Shown here: positions 9,287 through 19,543 of the stretch, one piece after another
How the letters are laid out: each line of letters begins with the position of its first letter
Position numbering within the stretch: position 1 is the stretch's first letter
DNA from: Promethearchaeota archaeon
GTDB taxonomy: Archaea > Asgardarchaeota > Lokiarchaeia > Sigyniarchaeales > SOKP01
Direction: 5' to 3'
Assembly (NCBI GenBank): GCA_048938855.1
Contig: JBHLLT010000014.1
Span: 18,230-82,229 of the forward strand
Length of the DNA: 64,000 nt
Notes under the pieces: model-generated
Told to the model about the DNA's origin: nothing
The model's database searches: none
What the model saw: the letters and a program-made list of their open reading frames with translations, nothing else
Position numbers and translations under genes: made by a program

Positions 9287-9955
9287 ATGAAGGATTTAAA
9301 TATTATAGAAAAAGAATCTCAAAATAACTTGAAAATTGCTCAGTTTGAAAAAGAATTAGCACTAAAATCAAAAATTAATGCGTTAGCTGAAATTAAAAAA
9401 TCAAAGGCAAGAGAGACCTTAGTAAAAATTGAATATGACATTGCTGACATAAAAAAGGATTTAGCTGAAAAGAGAAGAGTATTAGCTGTTGAAAAATCAG
9501 TAATTAAAAAAAATCAAATTTTAGATTTTTCAGAAGAAGAATTAAAAAATGAAAATAATTATGCCATTTATAACGAGAAGATAGCAGAAAATCAAAAACA
9601 AATTGCTGAAGTTAATAAAAAAATAGCTTCAACCGAAAAGCAAATTGCTGATCAAAAATTAAAATTATCTGAAGAGAAATTAGATGTAGCAAAAGCACGA
9701 GAAAAATTATCAAAAAAACAAAATCTTTATATCAAATTAGCTGGTGGAGCTGCCTCAGAAAGTAAAATTTCGAAAGCTAAAAATAATATGGAAGAACAAA
9801 AAAAAAATTTAATAAAACAGAAAAATGATGTGCTGGAGAAGGAAAAAGATATAAAGAAAAAAGAGAATAAACTTTCCGACCTGAAAAAGGAACTTTCTTT
9901 AATATTAGGAGAAAGAGAAAAAATTAGACATCCAGGAGTTATATTGGCAGAATAA
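9287..9955 (+). CDS. Three-helix coiled-coil protein, paralog 3 (BAR-like candidate)
   Basis: Same heptad architecture; KARETL, YAIYNEKIA and KLSDLKKELSLILGEREKIRHP match the other paralogs. Confidence 0.8.
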   Translation: MKDLNIIEKESQNNLKIAQFEKELALKSKINALAEIKKSKARETLVKIEYDIADIKKDLAEKRRVLAVEKSVIKKNQILDFSEEELKNENNYAIYNEKIAENQKQIAEVNKKIASTEKQIADQKLKLSEEKLDVAKAREKLSKKQNLYIKLAGGAASESKISKAKNNMEEQKKNLIKQKNDVLEKEKDIKKKENKLSDLKKELSLILGEREKIRHPGVILAE

Positions 9956-10030
9956 TTTTTAAATCTCAAGTATTCCATCTAATTTGAGAAAGTTTTTTAT
10001 AAAACTAAATTAGAAAAAATTGTTAGTTTC

Positions 10031-11122
10031 TTAAATCCATCTTTTTCTTTTAAAGAAATACAACATAATAAGAGATATTGCTACCATCACGATTATTAAA
10101 ATTGGATATGCGATGGGAGAAGAAAATTCGGGCATATAAATAAAATTCATCCCATAAAAACCTGCTAGAAATGATATTGGTATGAAAATTGTTGATATAA
10201 TCGTTAAAACTTTCATAATATCATTCATTCTATTGCTCACGCTAGACAAATACATATCCAACATTCCAAAAATGATATCCCGATAATTTTCTAAAAGATC
10301 ACTAATTCTAAAAACGTGATCATATATATCTCTCAAATAGATCTGTAAATCTACTTTTATTAGATGTGATTGTTCACGCTGCAATTTATTGATTATTTCT
10401 CTTATTGGCCAAATTGACTTTCTTATTTCAATTGAAGATCTTTTCAATTGATAAATAAGCTGTAAAGTTTTTGGTTCCGGATTCTTTATTAATAAATCTT
10501 CAATATTTTCTATATCCTCACCTACTTTTTCCAAAATTACAAAATAATCGTCTATTATTATATCAATTAAAACATAAAAGAGATAATCTGCTCCCATAAA
10601 TCGAACTCTTCCTTTTGGAACTTGTATTCTCTCATAAATAGGATCGAAAAGGTTAGTATCTCTCTCTTGGAATGATATTACAAAGCTTTCTCCTAAAATC
10701 AGACTAATTTGTTCAAATTCAATATCTTCTTGTTCTTTATTCCAGACTAATTTGTTTAATACTGCGAAAATAAAGTTTCCATAGTCTTCTAATTTAGGTC
10801 TTTGATTCTGATTTAAAATATCTTCCAATACGAGAGGATGTAAATCAAATTGGCGACCAATCTCTTCAATGACTTTTTCTTCTGCAAGGCCATATACATC
10901 AATCCATCTAACTGAAGGTTTTTCAATTTGAGTAAGATCTATTTTAATATCCTTAAATTCTTGTATATTAAAACGGTCTTCAGTATAATCTGTTACTTTG
11001 ATTTTAATTTTTTCTTTTAACTTATCCCCTGTATAAATTAAAGTTCCCGGAGGAAGTCCAATCTCTTTCTTTCTTTTGCTAGATGGGACCCTTTTATGTA
11101 ATGGTCGAGATAATCTCCTCAA
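10031..11122 (-). CDS. corA: Magnesium/cobalt transporter CorA
   Basis: GLPPGTL, LHPLVLEDI, QRPKLE and YGMNF signature; two C-terminal TM helices. Confidence 0.95.
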   Translation of the reverse strand: MRRLSRPLHKRVPSSKRKKEIGLPPGTLIYTGDKLKEKIKIKVTDYTEDRFNIQEFKDIKIDLTQIEKPSVRWIDVYGLAEEKVIEEIGRQFDLHPLVLEDILNQNQRPKLEDYGNFIFAVLNKLVWNKEQEDIEFEQISLILGESFVISFQERDTNLFDPIYERIQVPKGRVRFMGADYLFYVLIDIIIDDYFVILEKVGEDIENIEDLLIKNPEPKTLQLIYQLKRSSIEIRKSIWPIREIINKLQREQSHLIKVDLQIYLRDIYDHVFRISDLLENYRDIIFGMLDMYLSSVSNRMNDIMKVLTIISTIFIPISFLAGFYGMNFIYMPEFSSPIAYPILIIVMVAISLIMLYFFKRKRWI

Positions 11123-11273
11123 TCTTATTCACCTAAAAAAATTATGGTTTCTTTTGATTAATTTATTAATAAATTAGCTTTTTAAATAAAAGTTTACCAA
11201 AGATTATTTTATTAAAAAATTTGAATTTTCCGAAGAGGATAATCTAAAAAATTCTTTTATTTTTGAGTTAAGT

Positions 11274-11909
11274 TTAAGGATCCAAAGATATACCGTATTT
11301 TTTTAAATCTTCTATTAATTTTTCAGTATAGTAATAATGTATTCCCTTCAATCCTAAAGATCTTGCTATTCGTATATTTTTTTTCTCATCATCGATTAAA
11401 ATTGCCTCAGAAGGTACGCATTCTAAATGTTTTATTAATTCTTCATAAAACTTAATATCATCTTTATTCATATTATAATCAAAACTTAATACAGTATCAT
11501 CAAAATATTTTAAAACTCCACATTTTTTTTCTAAATATTCTATACGTTCCCTTATATTCCCACTAAATATCAATAGTCTATAATTATTTTTTCTCAATTT
11601 CTTTATTAATTCTTCAATACCATAGTGAACACAATATGAGCCAAACCAAATATATCGTGTATGCTTTTTTTCTCTTTTGTTAATTCCTAATTTTATGAAC
11701 AGCTTTTCCTCAAATTCATCAATAGTTATTAATCCTCTACGTAAAAGATTTCCTTCAGAACTAGGGTTATCACTAAAAAATTCTCGTAGTAATTCTTCAT
11801 TTTCAATGTCATAAATTTCTTTAATCTTCTCGATGGCTAAAAAAGAACCTGGTGTAAAATACACCCCTCCTAGATCGAAGATAATTGTTTTTATTTTATC
11901 ACGTATCAT
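11274..11909 (-). CDS. HAD-superfamily hydrolase
   Basis: FDLGGV motif I; IDD..N motif IV. Confidence 0.85.
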   Translation of the reverse strand: MIRDKIKTIIFDLGGVYFTPGSFLAIEKIKEIYDIENEELLREFFSDNPSSEGNLLRRGLITIDEFEEKLFIKLGINKREKKHTRYIWFGSYCVHYGIEELIKKLRKNNYRLLIFSGNIRERIEYLEKKCGVLKYFDDTVLSFDYNMNKDDIKFYEELIKHLECVPSEAILIDDEKKNIRIARSLGLKGIHYYYTEKLIEDLKKYGISLDP

Positions 11910-12068
11910 AATAAATCAAATAGAAATATTATGTATAAAATCATCTAATAACCATTTATATATGATTTAAACAAAATTATTAGGTGTGTTAGAATCCATT
12001 TTAGCTAACTTTAATCTATATGAGTATTTGTCAATCCTTAGTTATTTGCTAATATTACTATAACTTAA

Positions 12069-12890
12069 TTATTTCGAGGGTTCAATACTTTTAACTAGAC
12101 TTGGAGTGCTAATATCAATACCATATCTTTTCATAGAATTCAAAATACTTAACCTTAAATCAGCTAATATTTTCATCAATAACCTTATATCACGAATAAA
12201 TATGAAAAGAGTATATTCAACAGAGAAATTTTGAAATTCTGTTATCCCAACAAAGGGTTCAGGATCTTTTAGTACTTCTGGGATTGAGTTTGCGGCTTCT
12301 AATAAAGCCTTCTCTACTTTTTCATGATCTTCAGCATAATCTGCAGTAATTTTAATTCTTCTTCTAATTACATCTTTCTTGCCAAGATTTTCAGTTTCTT
12401 CTGAGATTAATTTCTGATTAGGAACTGAAATCCTTATACCATCGAAATCAATTAATATCGTAAAAATTAATTTGATTTCATGAACTTTCGCGATTTTATT
12501 GTTATACATTATATAGTCACCAACAACAAAGGGTCTACTTGACATAATTATAATTCCCGCAATTGCGTTTCCAAATGTATTGATTGCAGCAAAGCCAATA
12601 ATAGTCCCTCCAACAAGTGTAAACAAAGAAGTAATTAAACCAATTGCCTCTACGAATTGGACAAGAATCATGCTAATGATAATTAATATTATTACTATTT
12701 TTATGATTCTCTGTAGATTTCTTGCAGTTCGTTCCTCTAATTTTTCTTGTCTTTGAAGTCTTTTAACTTGTTTTTTAAAAATTATGTAAATTATCCATCC
12801 AATTACTATTGCAATAGCGACTGTTAAGATATTTAATAAATTATAAAAAATCCATCCAAATATGACATCAATAATATTTTGAAATAGCAT
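12069..12890 (-). CDS. mscS: Small-conductance mechanosensitive channel (MscS family)
   Basis: 3 TM helices; GFAA...GN.IAG...RPFVVGD, VPN and PEP motifs. Confidence 0.9.
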   Translation of the reverse strand: MLFQNIIDVIFGWIFYNLLNILTVAIAIVIGWIIYIIFKKQVKRLQRQEKLEERTARNLQRIIKIVIILIIISMILVQFVEAIGLITSLFTLVGGTIIGFAAINTFGNAIAGIIIMSSRPFVVGDYIMYNNKIAKVHEIKLIFTILIDFDGIRISVPNQKLISEETENLGKKDVIRRRIKITADYAEDHEKVEKALLEAANSIPEVLKDPEPFVGITEFQNFSVEYTLFIFIRDIRLLMKILADLRLSILNSMKRYGIDISTPSLVKSIEPSK

Positions 12891-13073
12891 TTAATTATCA
12901 CTGATTTAGTTTTAAGATTTTATTTTGTATGATTACTTTTAAACAATTTTCGTATATTAAATAAATTCCAAAGATTTAACTATAAAGTTAAAATTTTTGT
13001 CTCAAAATCTTGGTTAATCAATGTTTTCCTAATTAAATTTATTAATATAGTTCCATAGGAAATTAGTTAATTA

Positions 13074-14273
13074 GTGCTTAGTTTGGTTGGTTTATTTATG
13101 GAACGTAAAAAACTCCCTGAGCTGGATATTCTCCGAATAATTGCCATTTTAATTGTTGTAGTTTTGATTCATATACCAAATAATTATGCATATCCTTTCG
13201 CTATGGATTATACTCCTTACCAAGGATTTATATTTCATACACTTGGAATTTACGTTGCTATGGGATCTTTAGTTTTTGTTTCGGGATTTGGGCTTTATTT
13301 GAATAAGAATAATAGAAGCATTAATAATACTAAAAAATTATTTGGCTTTCTTAAAAAAAGGTTTCTAAGAATATTTCCCCTTTATTGGATTGCCTTGATC
13401 TTATTTATTATTTTTTTTGGCTATTGGGATCAGGGGTTTTTCTACATATTCGCACATGTTTTTGGAATACAAATGGTTGTTGCCCCAGCGTATAGTTGGG
13501 CTATTTGGACTCTTTGGTTTATTGGTATTATTTTGATTTATTATTTAGTATTTATAATCTTAAGTTCTACAGGCTCCATTAAATGGATAATACCTACTGC
13601 ATTAATTATTCTATTTATATTTGCCATTATTCACATATATACTGGTCTATTTGAATACCGATTTTTCTATTACTACCTTCTCTTTATTCTAGGCATAATC
13701 TCAGCAAATATCTATACATCATCACAATATACTCGAGTTAAGGATTTTATACAAAATAAACCAAAATATTTTCCTATAATTGTAGGATTTGGAACGGCAG
13801 CTCTAAGTATTGTAATATATTTAGGACTCACTCAATTCTGTTTCTCTTACTTTAATTCTGAATATGGGACATCATTTTTACACGAAATTTTGGATTTACA
13901 ACCTGGTATAATTGAATCTGCATCAGTGATCCTATTATTTAATCTGATAATTATAATTTATATCACTTTTATAGTATCATTATCTTATGCTTTTATAAAA
14001 TCATTTAAGCTTCTACTCCCAAGAATTAAAATAGATAAAATTTTTTCTACAGTCGCTTATTCAACTTTTTGTGTTTATTTATTCCATAGGATTTTTCTTG
14101 TTATCTATACTTCTATTCTTTCGGAAGGTTTGAATATAGATATATTTGCGTTAGAAAATCTATATTTAGTTTTATTATTTGTACCTTTTATTTTTCTATT
14201 TTCATATTTCATTCAAAAAGTATATGATAGAATTTTAAAAATGTTTTCTAGGAAAAGAGTAGAATCAAATTAA
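13074..14273 (+). CDS. Acyltransferase-3 (OafA-like) membrane acyltransferase
   Basis: LDILRIIA, VSGFGL, KKRFLRIFPLYW, LWF and YLFH motifs. Confidence 0.9.
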   Translation: MLSLVGLFMERKKLPELDILRIIAILIVVVLIHIPNNYAYPFAMDYTPYQGFIFHTLGIYVAMGSLVFVSGFGLYLNKNNRSINNTKKLFGFLKKRFLRIFPLYWIALILFIIFFGYWDQGFFYIFAHVFGIQMVVAPAYSWAIWTLWFIGIILIYYLVFIILSSTGSIKWIIPTALIILFIFAIIHIYTGLFEYRFFYYYLLFILGIISANIYTSSQYTRVKDFIQNKPKYFPIIVGFGTAALSIVIYLGLTQFCFSYFNSEYGTSFLHEILDLQPGIIESASVILLFNLIIIIYITFIVSLSYAFIKSFKLLLPRIKIDKIFSTVAYSTFCVYLFHRIFLVIYTSILSEGLNIDIFALENLYLVLLFVPFIFLFSYFIQKVYDRILKMFSRKRVESN

Positions 14274-14355
14274 ATGGGTTAACGTCTTTTTCCTATATAT
14301 TCCATTTGAGGAAGCAAACTTTAAAATGGTATATATCTATTAGATATTTGTTAAG

Positions 14356-15303
14356 TTGAATAAAGCGATTTCCCTCCTTAAATTAGTCACTAAAGAAAAT
14401 ATTACTAAAGGATTTTTTTATGGTACATATTATTTAAAACACATAATAAAAAAATTTCCCTTAGGCGTAAACTATGATTTAACTTGGCAATGCAATTTAA
14501 AATGTAAACATTGCTATTTCTATTCATCTGTTGAAGAACTAAGCAATGTTTCAGAAAGAAATATTAAGGAACTAACTGATGAGCAATGGATAAATGTATT
14601 CAAGTATCATAGGGATTTGGGAATCAGAAGTGCTTCTTTAACAGGAGGAGAGCCGACTCTTAGAATGAATTTATTGCATAAAGCTTTAGACATATTTCCT
14701 TCTATTCAAATTGCTTCAAACGGTATTATCAAATTACCTTGGTTCAATCATCATAAACAACCTATATACTGGGTAAGCTTAGATGGAGGAGAAGATATGC
14801 ATAATCATATTCGGGGAGCTAATATTTTTCGAAAAGTAATTGAAAATATAAAGGATGACAAAAGAGTATTAATATCTACAACTATTACTGCTATGAATTA
14901 CAAGGAAATTGAAGAAGTGGTCAAAATTGCATATAATATAGGAGTTTCAGGAATATTTTTTTTAATGTATACCGGATATCCCAATGATCCTTTATTAGTT
15001 AAAGGTATAAAATTGAAATCCGTTATTGAGAATATATTAAAAGTCATGAAGAATTTTGGTGATTTTATATTATTCTCTAAAAAAATGCTTGACTTGTATA
15101 TTACTAAAGAATTTGTACCACACTGTATTTTTAAACGGGGTGTCATTAAAAGTTATTACCCAAATGGTCAGCGGAAATTTTGCGTAATGGGTAATTCTCC
15201 ATTGTTATGTGAAAATTGCGGTTGTATTGTGCCTGTAGCTTCTTATGCACTCTCAAAACTAGATTATGAAACTGTTGAAAAAATAAAGAAATTTCCTTTT
15301 TAG
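14356..15303 (+). CDS. Radical SAM protein with C-terminal Cys cluster
   Basis: CNLKCKHC, TGGEP and SLDG motifs; C-terminal CENCGC. Confidence 0.9.
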   Translation: MNKAISLLKLVTKENITKGFFYGTYYLKHIIKKFPLGVNYDLTWQCNLKCKHCYFYSSVEELSNVSERNIKELTDEQWINVFKYHRDLGIRSASLTGGEPTLRMNLLHKALDIFPSIQIASNGIIKLPWFNHHKQPIYWVSLDGGEDMHNHIRGANIFRKVIENIKDDKRVLISTTITAMNYKEIEEVVKIAYNIGVSGIFFLMYTGYPNDPLLVKGIKLKSVIENILKVMKNFGDFILFSKKMLDLYITKEFVPHCIFKRGVIKSYYPNGQRKFCVMGNSPLLCENCGCIVPVASYALSKLDYETVEKIKKFPF

Positions 15304-15376
15304 CTTATGATGGATAATAATTAAAAGCTTCTATGGATTTAACAAGAATAATTCAAATTATTTTGGTATTAATCCT

Positions 15377-15934
15377 ATGAAAATTATCCAAATCTTCAGT
15401 AAAGACTACCCAAATAATAAAACATCCTTATTTACTTATGAATCGGATTTTTATTATGATATAAAAATTCAGACAATTAGCAATAGAAAAGGATGGAAAA
15501 TCAATATTCAGGAAAAAAGATTTCAAACACCATATAAAAAACATATTGAAGAATTATTATTCAACGATTCTGTAAAAGAAGCAGAATATTATGTTGCACT
15601 AAACGAGGACGGTTTGGAAATTGGATGGATTTGCATATCTCCACAGAAATGGAATAATACTGCGAGATTATGGAATATAGACGTGAAAAAAGAGTATAGA
15701 AGACAAGAGATAGGAAAAAAGCTATTAAACTATGCAATATCAAAAGCGAGAAAATGGAATTGCAGAGCTTTAATTCTGGAATGTCAAAGTTCGAATTATC
15801 CTGCAATTTCGTTTTATTTCCAAAATGGCTTCAATTTAACAGGATTTGATCTTATTGCATATTCAAATGAAGATATTGAAAAGCATGAAGTCCGGTTAGA
15901 AATGTCAAAAAAACTCAATTCCAACTCAAAATAA
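15377..15934 (+). CDS. GNAT N-acetyltransferase (streptothricin acetyltransferase-like)
   Basis: WN..ARLWNIDV..YRRQEIG and LECQSSNYPAISFY..GF...GFD motifs. Confidence 0.85.
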   Translation: MKIIQIFSKDYPNNKTSLFTYESDFYYDIKIQTISNRKGWKINIQEKRFQTPYKKHIEELLFNDSVKEAEYYVALNEDGLEIGWICISPQKWNNTARLWNIDVKKEYRRQEIGKKLLNYAISKARKWNCRALILECQSSNYPAISFYFQNGFNLTGFDLIAYSNEDIEKHEVRLEMSKKLNSNSK

Positions 15935-15957
15935 AAATAATAAAATTTAATATTAAA

Positions 15958-17049
15958 TTAACTTATTTTTGGAGGAGGTATAAAAACTCTCCTCATTTCC
16001 GTACGCTCCAAATTAATTGCATTTTCAGGGCATAAATGAGCACAAACACCACATCCTAAACATCTATCTTCATTGACAACCGCAACAGTGTCGATGAGTT
16101 CAATAGCTTCAGCAGCACAATTTTGCTCACAAGTTCCACAAGCAGTACATAAATCTTCATCAACATGAGCTAGATGTGAGGTTAAATCCATTAAGGGAAC
16201 CGCTCCATTATAATGTAGTAGAAAAGTCCCGCAACAGCATTTACAACAATTACAAATACCATCTAGATCCTTATTTATATCCAAATTTGTATGAAAAGCT
16301 TTATGAACCAATCCTTCATCTTCAGCTTTTTTCATTATTTCCATAGTCTCTTCTTTTGAGATTCTTTCTATAAACCCATGCTGAATAAGAAATTCAGCAG
16401 TTCTACCAAAAGCAAAACAATTTCTTCTTTCTTTTGTTGTTTCACATGGTTCATCAAGAAGATCTTTCTTATGTCTGCAATAACACACTGTCACTCCTAT
16501 TGGATCATGATTTTCAACAATTTTCGAAATTTCTTCTAAGGGTAACACAACCTCATCCTTTACTATTACTTCTTCTTCAACAGGAACAACTCTATCAAGT
16601 GAAGGTCCGGTTTTAAATTCCTGAACCATTTGATCGTAATTATTTTGAGTATCTTGACTTACTTGTTCATATAATCTTGAATATAACCTCGCTAAATTTT
16701 TTGCTCTATCATCAGTTTCACCACGCATTAGGGTAAATTCAATAATTCCCGGGAGTAAGGGAGTCTTCCGATAAACCATAACCCCTGTACTTCTGCTGGG
16801 AATACCAAAAATCACACCTATGTCCATTAAATCATTTAGCATCTTATTAAGAGTCTCTTCATCCATATCAGTTAAGGGTTTTATCTCATCAAGGTTGTAA
16901 GAACGTTTTTTTAATACTGTAATAAATTTTGCTTGTTCTTCAGTTAGTAAGGTTTGCATTATTTCTGTAATAATATCACTTACGCGTAAAGGTAGCCTTC
17001 CTGCTTTGATAAAACTTCGGGCAACTTTATACCATAATTTTTCAGACAT
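15958..17049 (-). CDS. 4Fe-4S binding protein with N-terminal wHTH-like region
   Basis: CYCR, ICNCCKCCC and two CxxCxxCxxxC ferredoxin motifs. Confidence 0.85.
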   Translation of the reverse strand: MSEKLWYKVARSFIKAGRLPLRVSDIITEIMQTLLTEEQAKFITVLKKRSYNLDEIKPLTDMDEETLNKMLNDLMDIGVIFGIPSRSTGVMVYRKTPLLPGIIEFTLMRGETDDRAKNLARLYSRLYEQVSQDTQNNYDQMVQEFKTGPSLDRVVPVEEEVIVKDEVVLPLEEISKIVENHDPIGVTVCYCRHKKDLLDEPCETTKERRNCFAFGRTAEFLIQHGFIERISKEETMEIMKKAEDEGLVHKAFHTNLDINKDLDGICNCCKCCCGTFLLHYNGAVPLMDLTSHLAHVDEDLCTACGTCEQNCAAEAIELIDTVAVVNEDRCLGCGVCAHLCPENAINLERTEMRRVFIPPPKIS

Positions 17050-17118
17050 TTTTAATCAACATCCTATTATATATAATTTAAGTAAAGTAATAGCTAAAAA
17101 AAATACTTTTGAAGTTAT

Positions 17119-17439
17119 TTATTTGACTATTTTTAATAATTTAATGATCTCTTTTTCCTCTATTTCCTCTAAAGTTTTGATTTTAATATGTCTTGTTGTT
17201 CTACCGCTTCCTTCAAATAGTGCAATCTCTTCTTTTGTTAAACCCGTAATCGAGAAACCCAAATTAACGTGCACTTTTAAAGCTACGATATAATATTTAT
17301 TTCCATAATAAGGTACACCGTACTTCATTTCCTCGATAATATCTGGAAAAGTATTTAATATAATTTCTCTTAGTTTCCGGCAAATTTCTTTATGAGGAGA
17401 TTTCTGTTTTTCAATATATTCACTAACTTTTTTATCCAT
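17119..17439 (-). CDS. DUF1801 (YdhG-like) protein
   Basis: LREII..P...E.MKYGVPYY, HVNLGF and EGSG..TRHIKI motifs. Confidence 0.85.
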   Translation of the reverse strand: MDKKVSEYIEKQKSPHKEICRKLREIILNTFPDIIEEMKYGVPYYGNKYYIVALKVHVNLGFSITGLTKEEIALFEGSGRTTRHIKIKTLEEIEEKEIIKLLKIVK

Positions 17440-17613
17440 AGTCTTGTTTTAAATACGGTATTAATTTAACTTTTTCCAAAATAATTATCTTAGGTTATAA
17501 AGTTCTTTTTATTTATTCTTTAATTTTAAAGACCTCTCAAAAGCTATGTCCTATTATGATAAAAAAAATTCGTAAGATTTAAATATGTCAATGAATATAT
17601 AATAAGTAGATAT

Positions 17614-17632
17614 TGTCAACCTCACGTTGACA
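17614..17632. promoter_or_regulatory. Inverted repeat upstream of hsp20, candidate repressor site
   Basis: TGTCAAC-N5-GTTGACA; an extra TGTCAA half-site near 17586. Confidence 0.5.
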
Positions 17633-17678
17633 TAGAATATAAAAAAATCAAAAATCACAATAAAAATTGAAATAAGAG

Positions 17679-18245
17679 GTGGATTTAATGTCTGAAAAAA
17701 TTGATGTTAAGAAAAAAGAAAAAAGTAAAGAAGCGAAAAAAGAAGATCAAAAATCAAGAGAAATTACTGTAAGAAGGGAAAGTCCATTTTCATTATTTCA
17801 AGAAATGGATCGACTATTCAACGATATGCAGCGTAATTTCTTTGAAGATTGGCCATTTGGATTTAAGCGTCAGCGACCGTTTTCGTTGATAATAAGAGAT
17901 GATGAACCTATTTTTAGAACTCCTTTATCAAACATTACAGAATCTGATGGATTCTTTAATATTAGTGCAGAATTACCTGGTTTAGACAAAAGAGATATCG
18001 AAATTGCAATACAAGATGGAACTTTAGAGATTAAAGGTGAATTAAAAGAAGAAAAGAAAGAAGAAAAAGAAGGGGAATTAGTTAGGAGAGAATATCGTTC
18101 ATCTAGTTATTACCGCTGCTTTACATTGCCGGACAACATTGATGAGAACAAGATTGACGCTTCTCTCGATAAGGGAATCTTAACAGTAAAGATTCCAAAG
18201 GTTGAGCCTGTAGTGCCAGAAAAGAAGAAAATTGAAATAAAATAA
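17679..18245 (+). CDS. Small heat shock protein Hsp20/alpha-crystallin
   Basis: AELPGL, Y.R..TLP and A.L.KGIL.V.IPK motifs; C-terminal IEI. Likely ATG start at 17688. Confidence 0.95.
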   Translation: MDLMSEKIDVKKKEKSKEAKKEDQKSREITVRRESPFSLFQEMDRLFNDMQRNFFEDWPFGFKRQRPFSLIIRDDEPIFRTPLSNITESDGFFNISAELPGLDKRDIEIAIQDGTLEIKGELKEEKKEEKEGELVRREYRSSSYYRCFTLPDNIDENKIDASLDKGILTVKIPKVEPVVPEKKKIEIK

Positions 18246-18294
18246 AGTATCTATTAATAAATCATTCTTTTATTTTTTTCTTAACCTTCTACTG

Positions 18295-19413
18295 TTACTC
18301 TTTTTTTACTAAAAGCTCCATACAATTTAAATCTTCTATGGTGCAAAGGGTATTTTCTAAGCTATACAACCATTCTATTGGAGGCTTACCCACACACCAC
18401 CACAAGATAATTCTGTAAAGGTTTAATAAAGCAAATAATTTGTAATCATACCAACAATCATCCCAGCTATAGTCTTTTATGTCTAGCTTTAGAAGTTCGT
18501 TATGATAGCGTTTAATAAGATCCATTTCCATCAAATGTCTATAATCAGAATAGTAAAACAGCCCTATCATGTATGCTAGATCTTGACATCCAACACCAAT
18601 ACCCCACGATTGCCAATCAAATAAGATAGCTCTAGATTTTTTACTTGCCATATCTTTAGGAAAAAAAAAGTTCCCTAAGTGAGCATCAGCATTAATAAAT
18701 GTTATATTCTCTTTTTTAATTCGTTCATAGGCTACTTGAGGATATAATGAGAATACAGATTTAACTACCTCTTTTCTATTATCACTTATTTTATCTCCTA
18801 AGAATTCTAGAAATTGGCTTATTGTTCTTTTTTTAAAGGGACAAGGATTTTTAAACCATTTAAAAATTTCTTCCTCATTAAAAGAATTTTCTTTAAAATT
18901 GTAAAGTACATATGAGTGTTTAGAGAGTTCTTTTAATTTGGGATGATCCCTCCAAAAAGCATGGATTTCTGCCAAACAATCAATTGCTTTTTCAAAATAT
19001 CGTTTTGCAGGAGGATAATCACAAACTCCTAAATGAGTTTTCGATAAATCTTCAAGGATAATATGAGACCATCCCGATTCTTCAGAAACCGCCGCATCAT
19101 AACATGTCGGAATTGTTCCTTGATTCATGGTTTCAGCTATCATGCTATAGAATTTTACTTCATGCGTACCTAAATTTTTGAAAATACGTTTGGGGGTTTT
19201 TACAACGATATAAGGGATAGATGGTTCCCTTTGAGCATCATTAGAAAATTTTACCTTCAAAAAATGAATATTAGAACTGAGAGTAACTTCCGAATGGTTC
19301 AAGATTATTCTTGCTACCTTTCCTTGGCTAAGGTAGCCTTTATTTTTAAAAATAGTCGTCATCCACTCTGGTGTTAAGTGATCTATATTAGTAATTACTT
19401 TATTCTCTTTCAT
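18295..19413 (-). CDS. APH/choline-kinase-like (EcKinase-like) phosphotransferase
   Basis: ILEDL, DAHLGN, FDWQ and DLAY kinase motifs. Confidence 0.85.
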   Translation of the reverse strand: MKENKVITNIDHLTPEWMTTIFKNKGYLSQGKVARIILNHSEVTLSSNIHFLKVKFSNDAQREPSIPYIVVKTPKRIFKNLGTHEVKFYSMIAETMNQGTIPTCYDAAVSEESGWSHIILEDLSKTHLGVCDYPPAKRYFEKAIDCLAEIHAFWRDHPKLKELSKHSYVLYNFKENSFNEEEIFKWFKNPCPFKKRTISQFLEFLGDKISDNRKEVVKSVFSLYPQVAYERIKKENITFINADAHLGNFFFPKDMASKKSRAILFDWQSWGIGVGCQDLAYMIGLFYYSDYRHLMEMDLIKRYHNELLKLDIKDYSWDDCWYDYKLFALLNLYRIILWWCVGKPPIEWLYSLENTLCTIEDLNCMELLVKKE

Positions 19414-19543
19414 TTTTCTACATCAAATGTCTTAGATCTTTTTAGAAAAAGAAGAATGTTCAGGATAGAAAAATTTATTTTTATTATCCAACAACATTTC
19501 CTCAGTATTATATTTATAAGATCCTAGTTATTGGAAAAAATTA

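Noticed and set aside
6836-9955. Calling the coiled-coil paralogs canonical ESCRT-III/CdvB, PspA or SMC fragments
   Set aside because: No Vps4/CdvA neighbour, no acidic C-terminal MIM-like tail and no ATPase motifs; kept only as a structural alternative to test.
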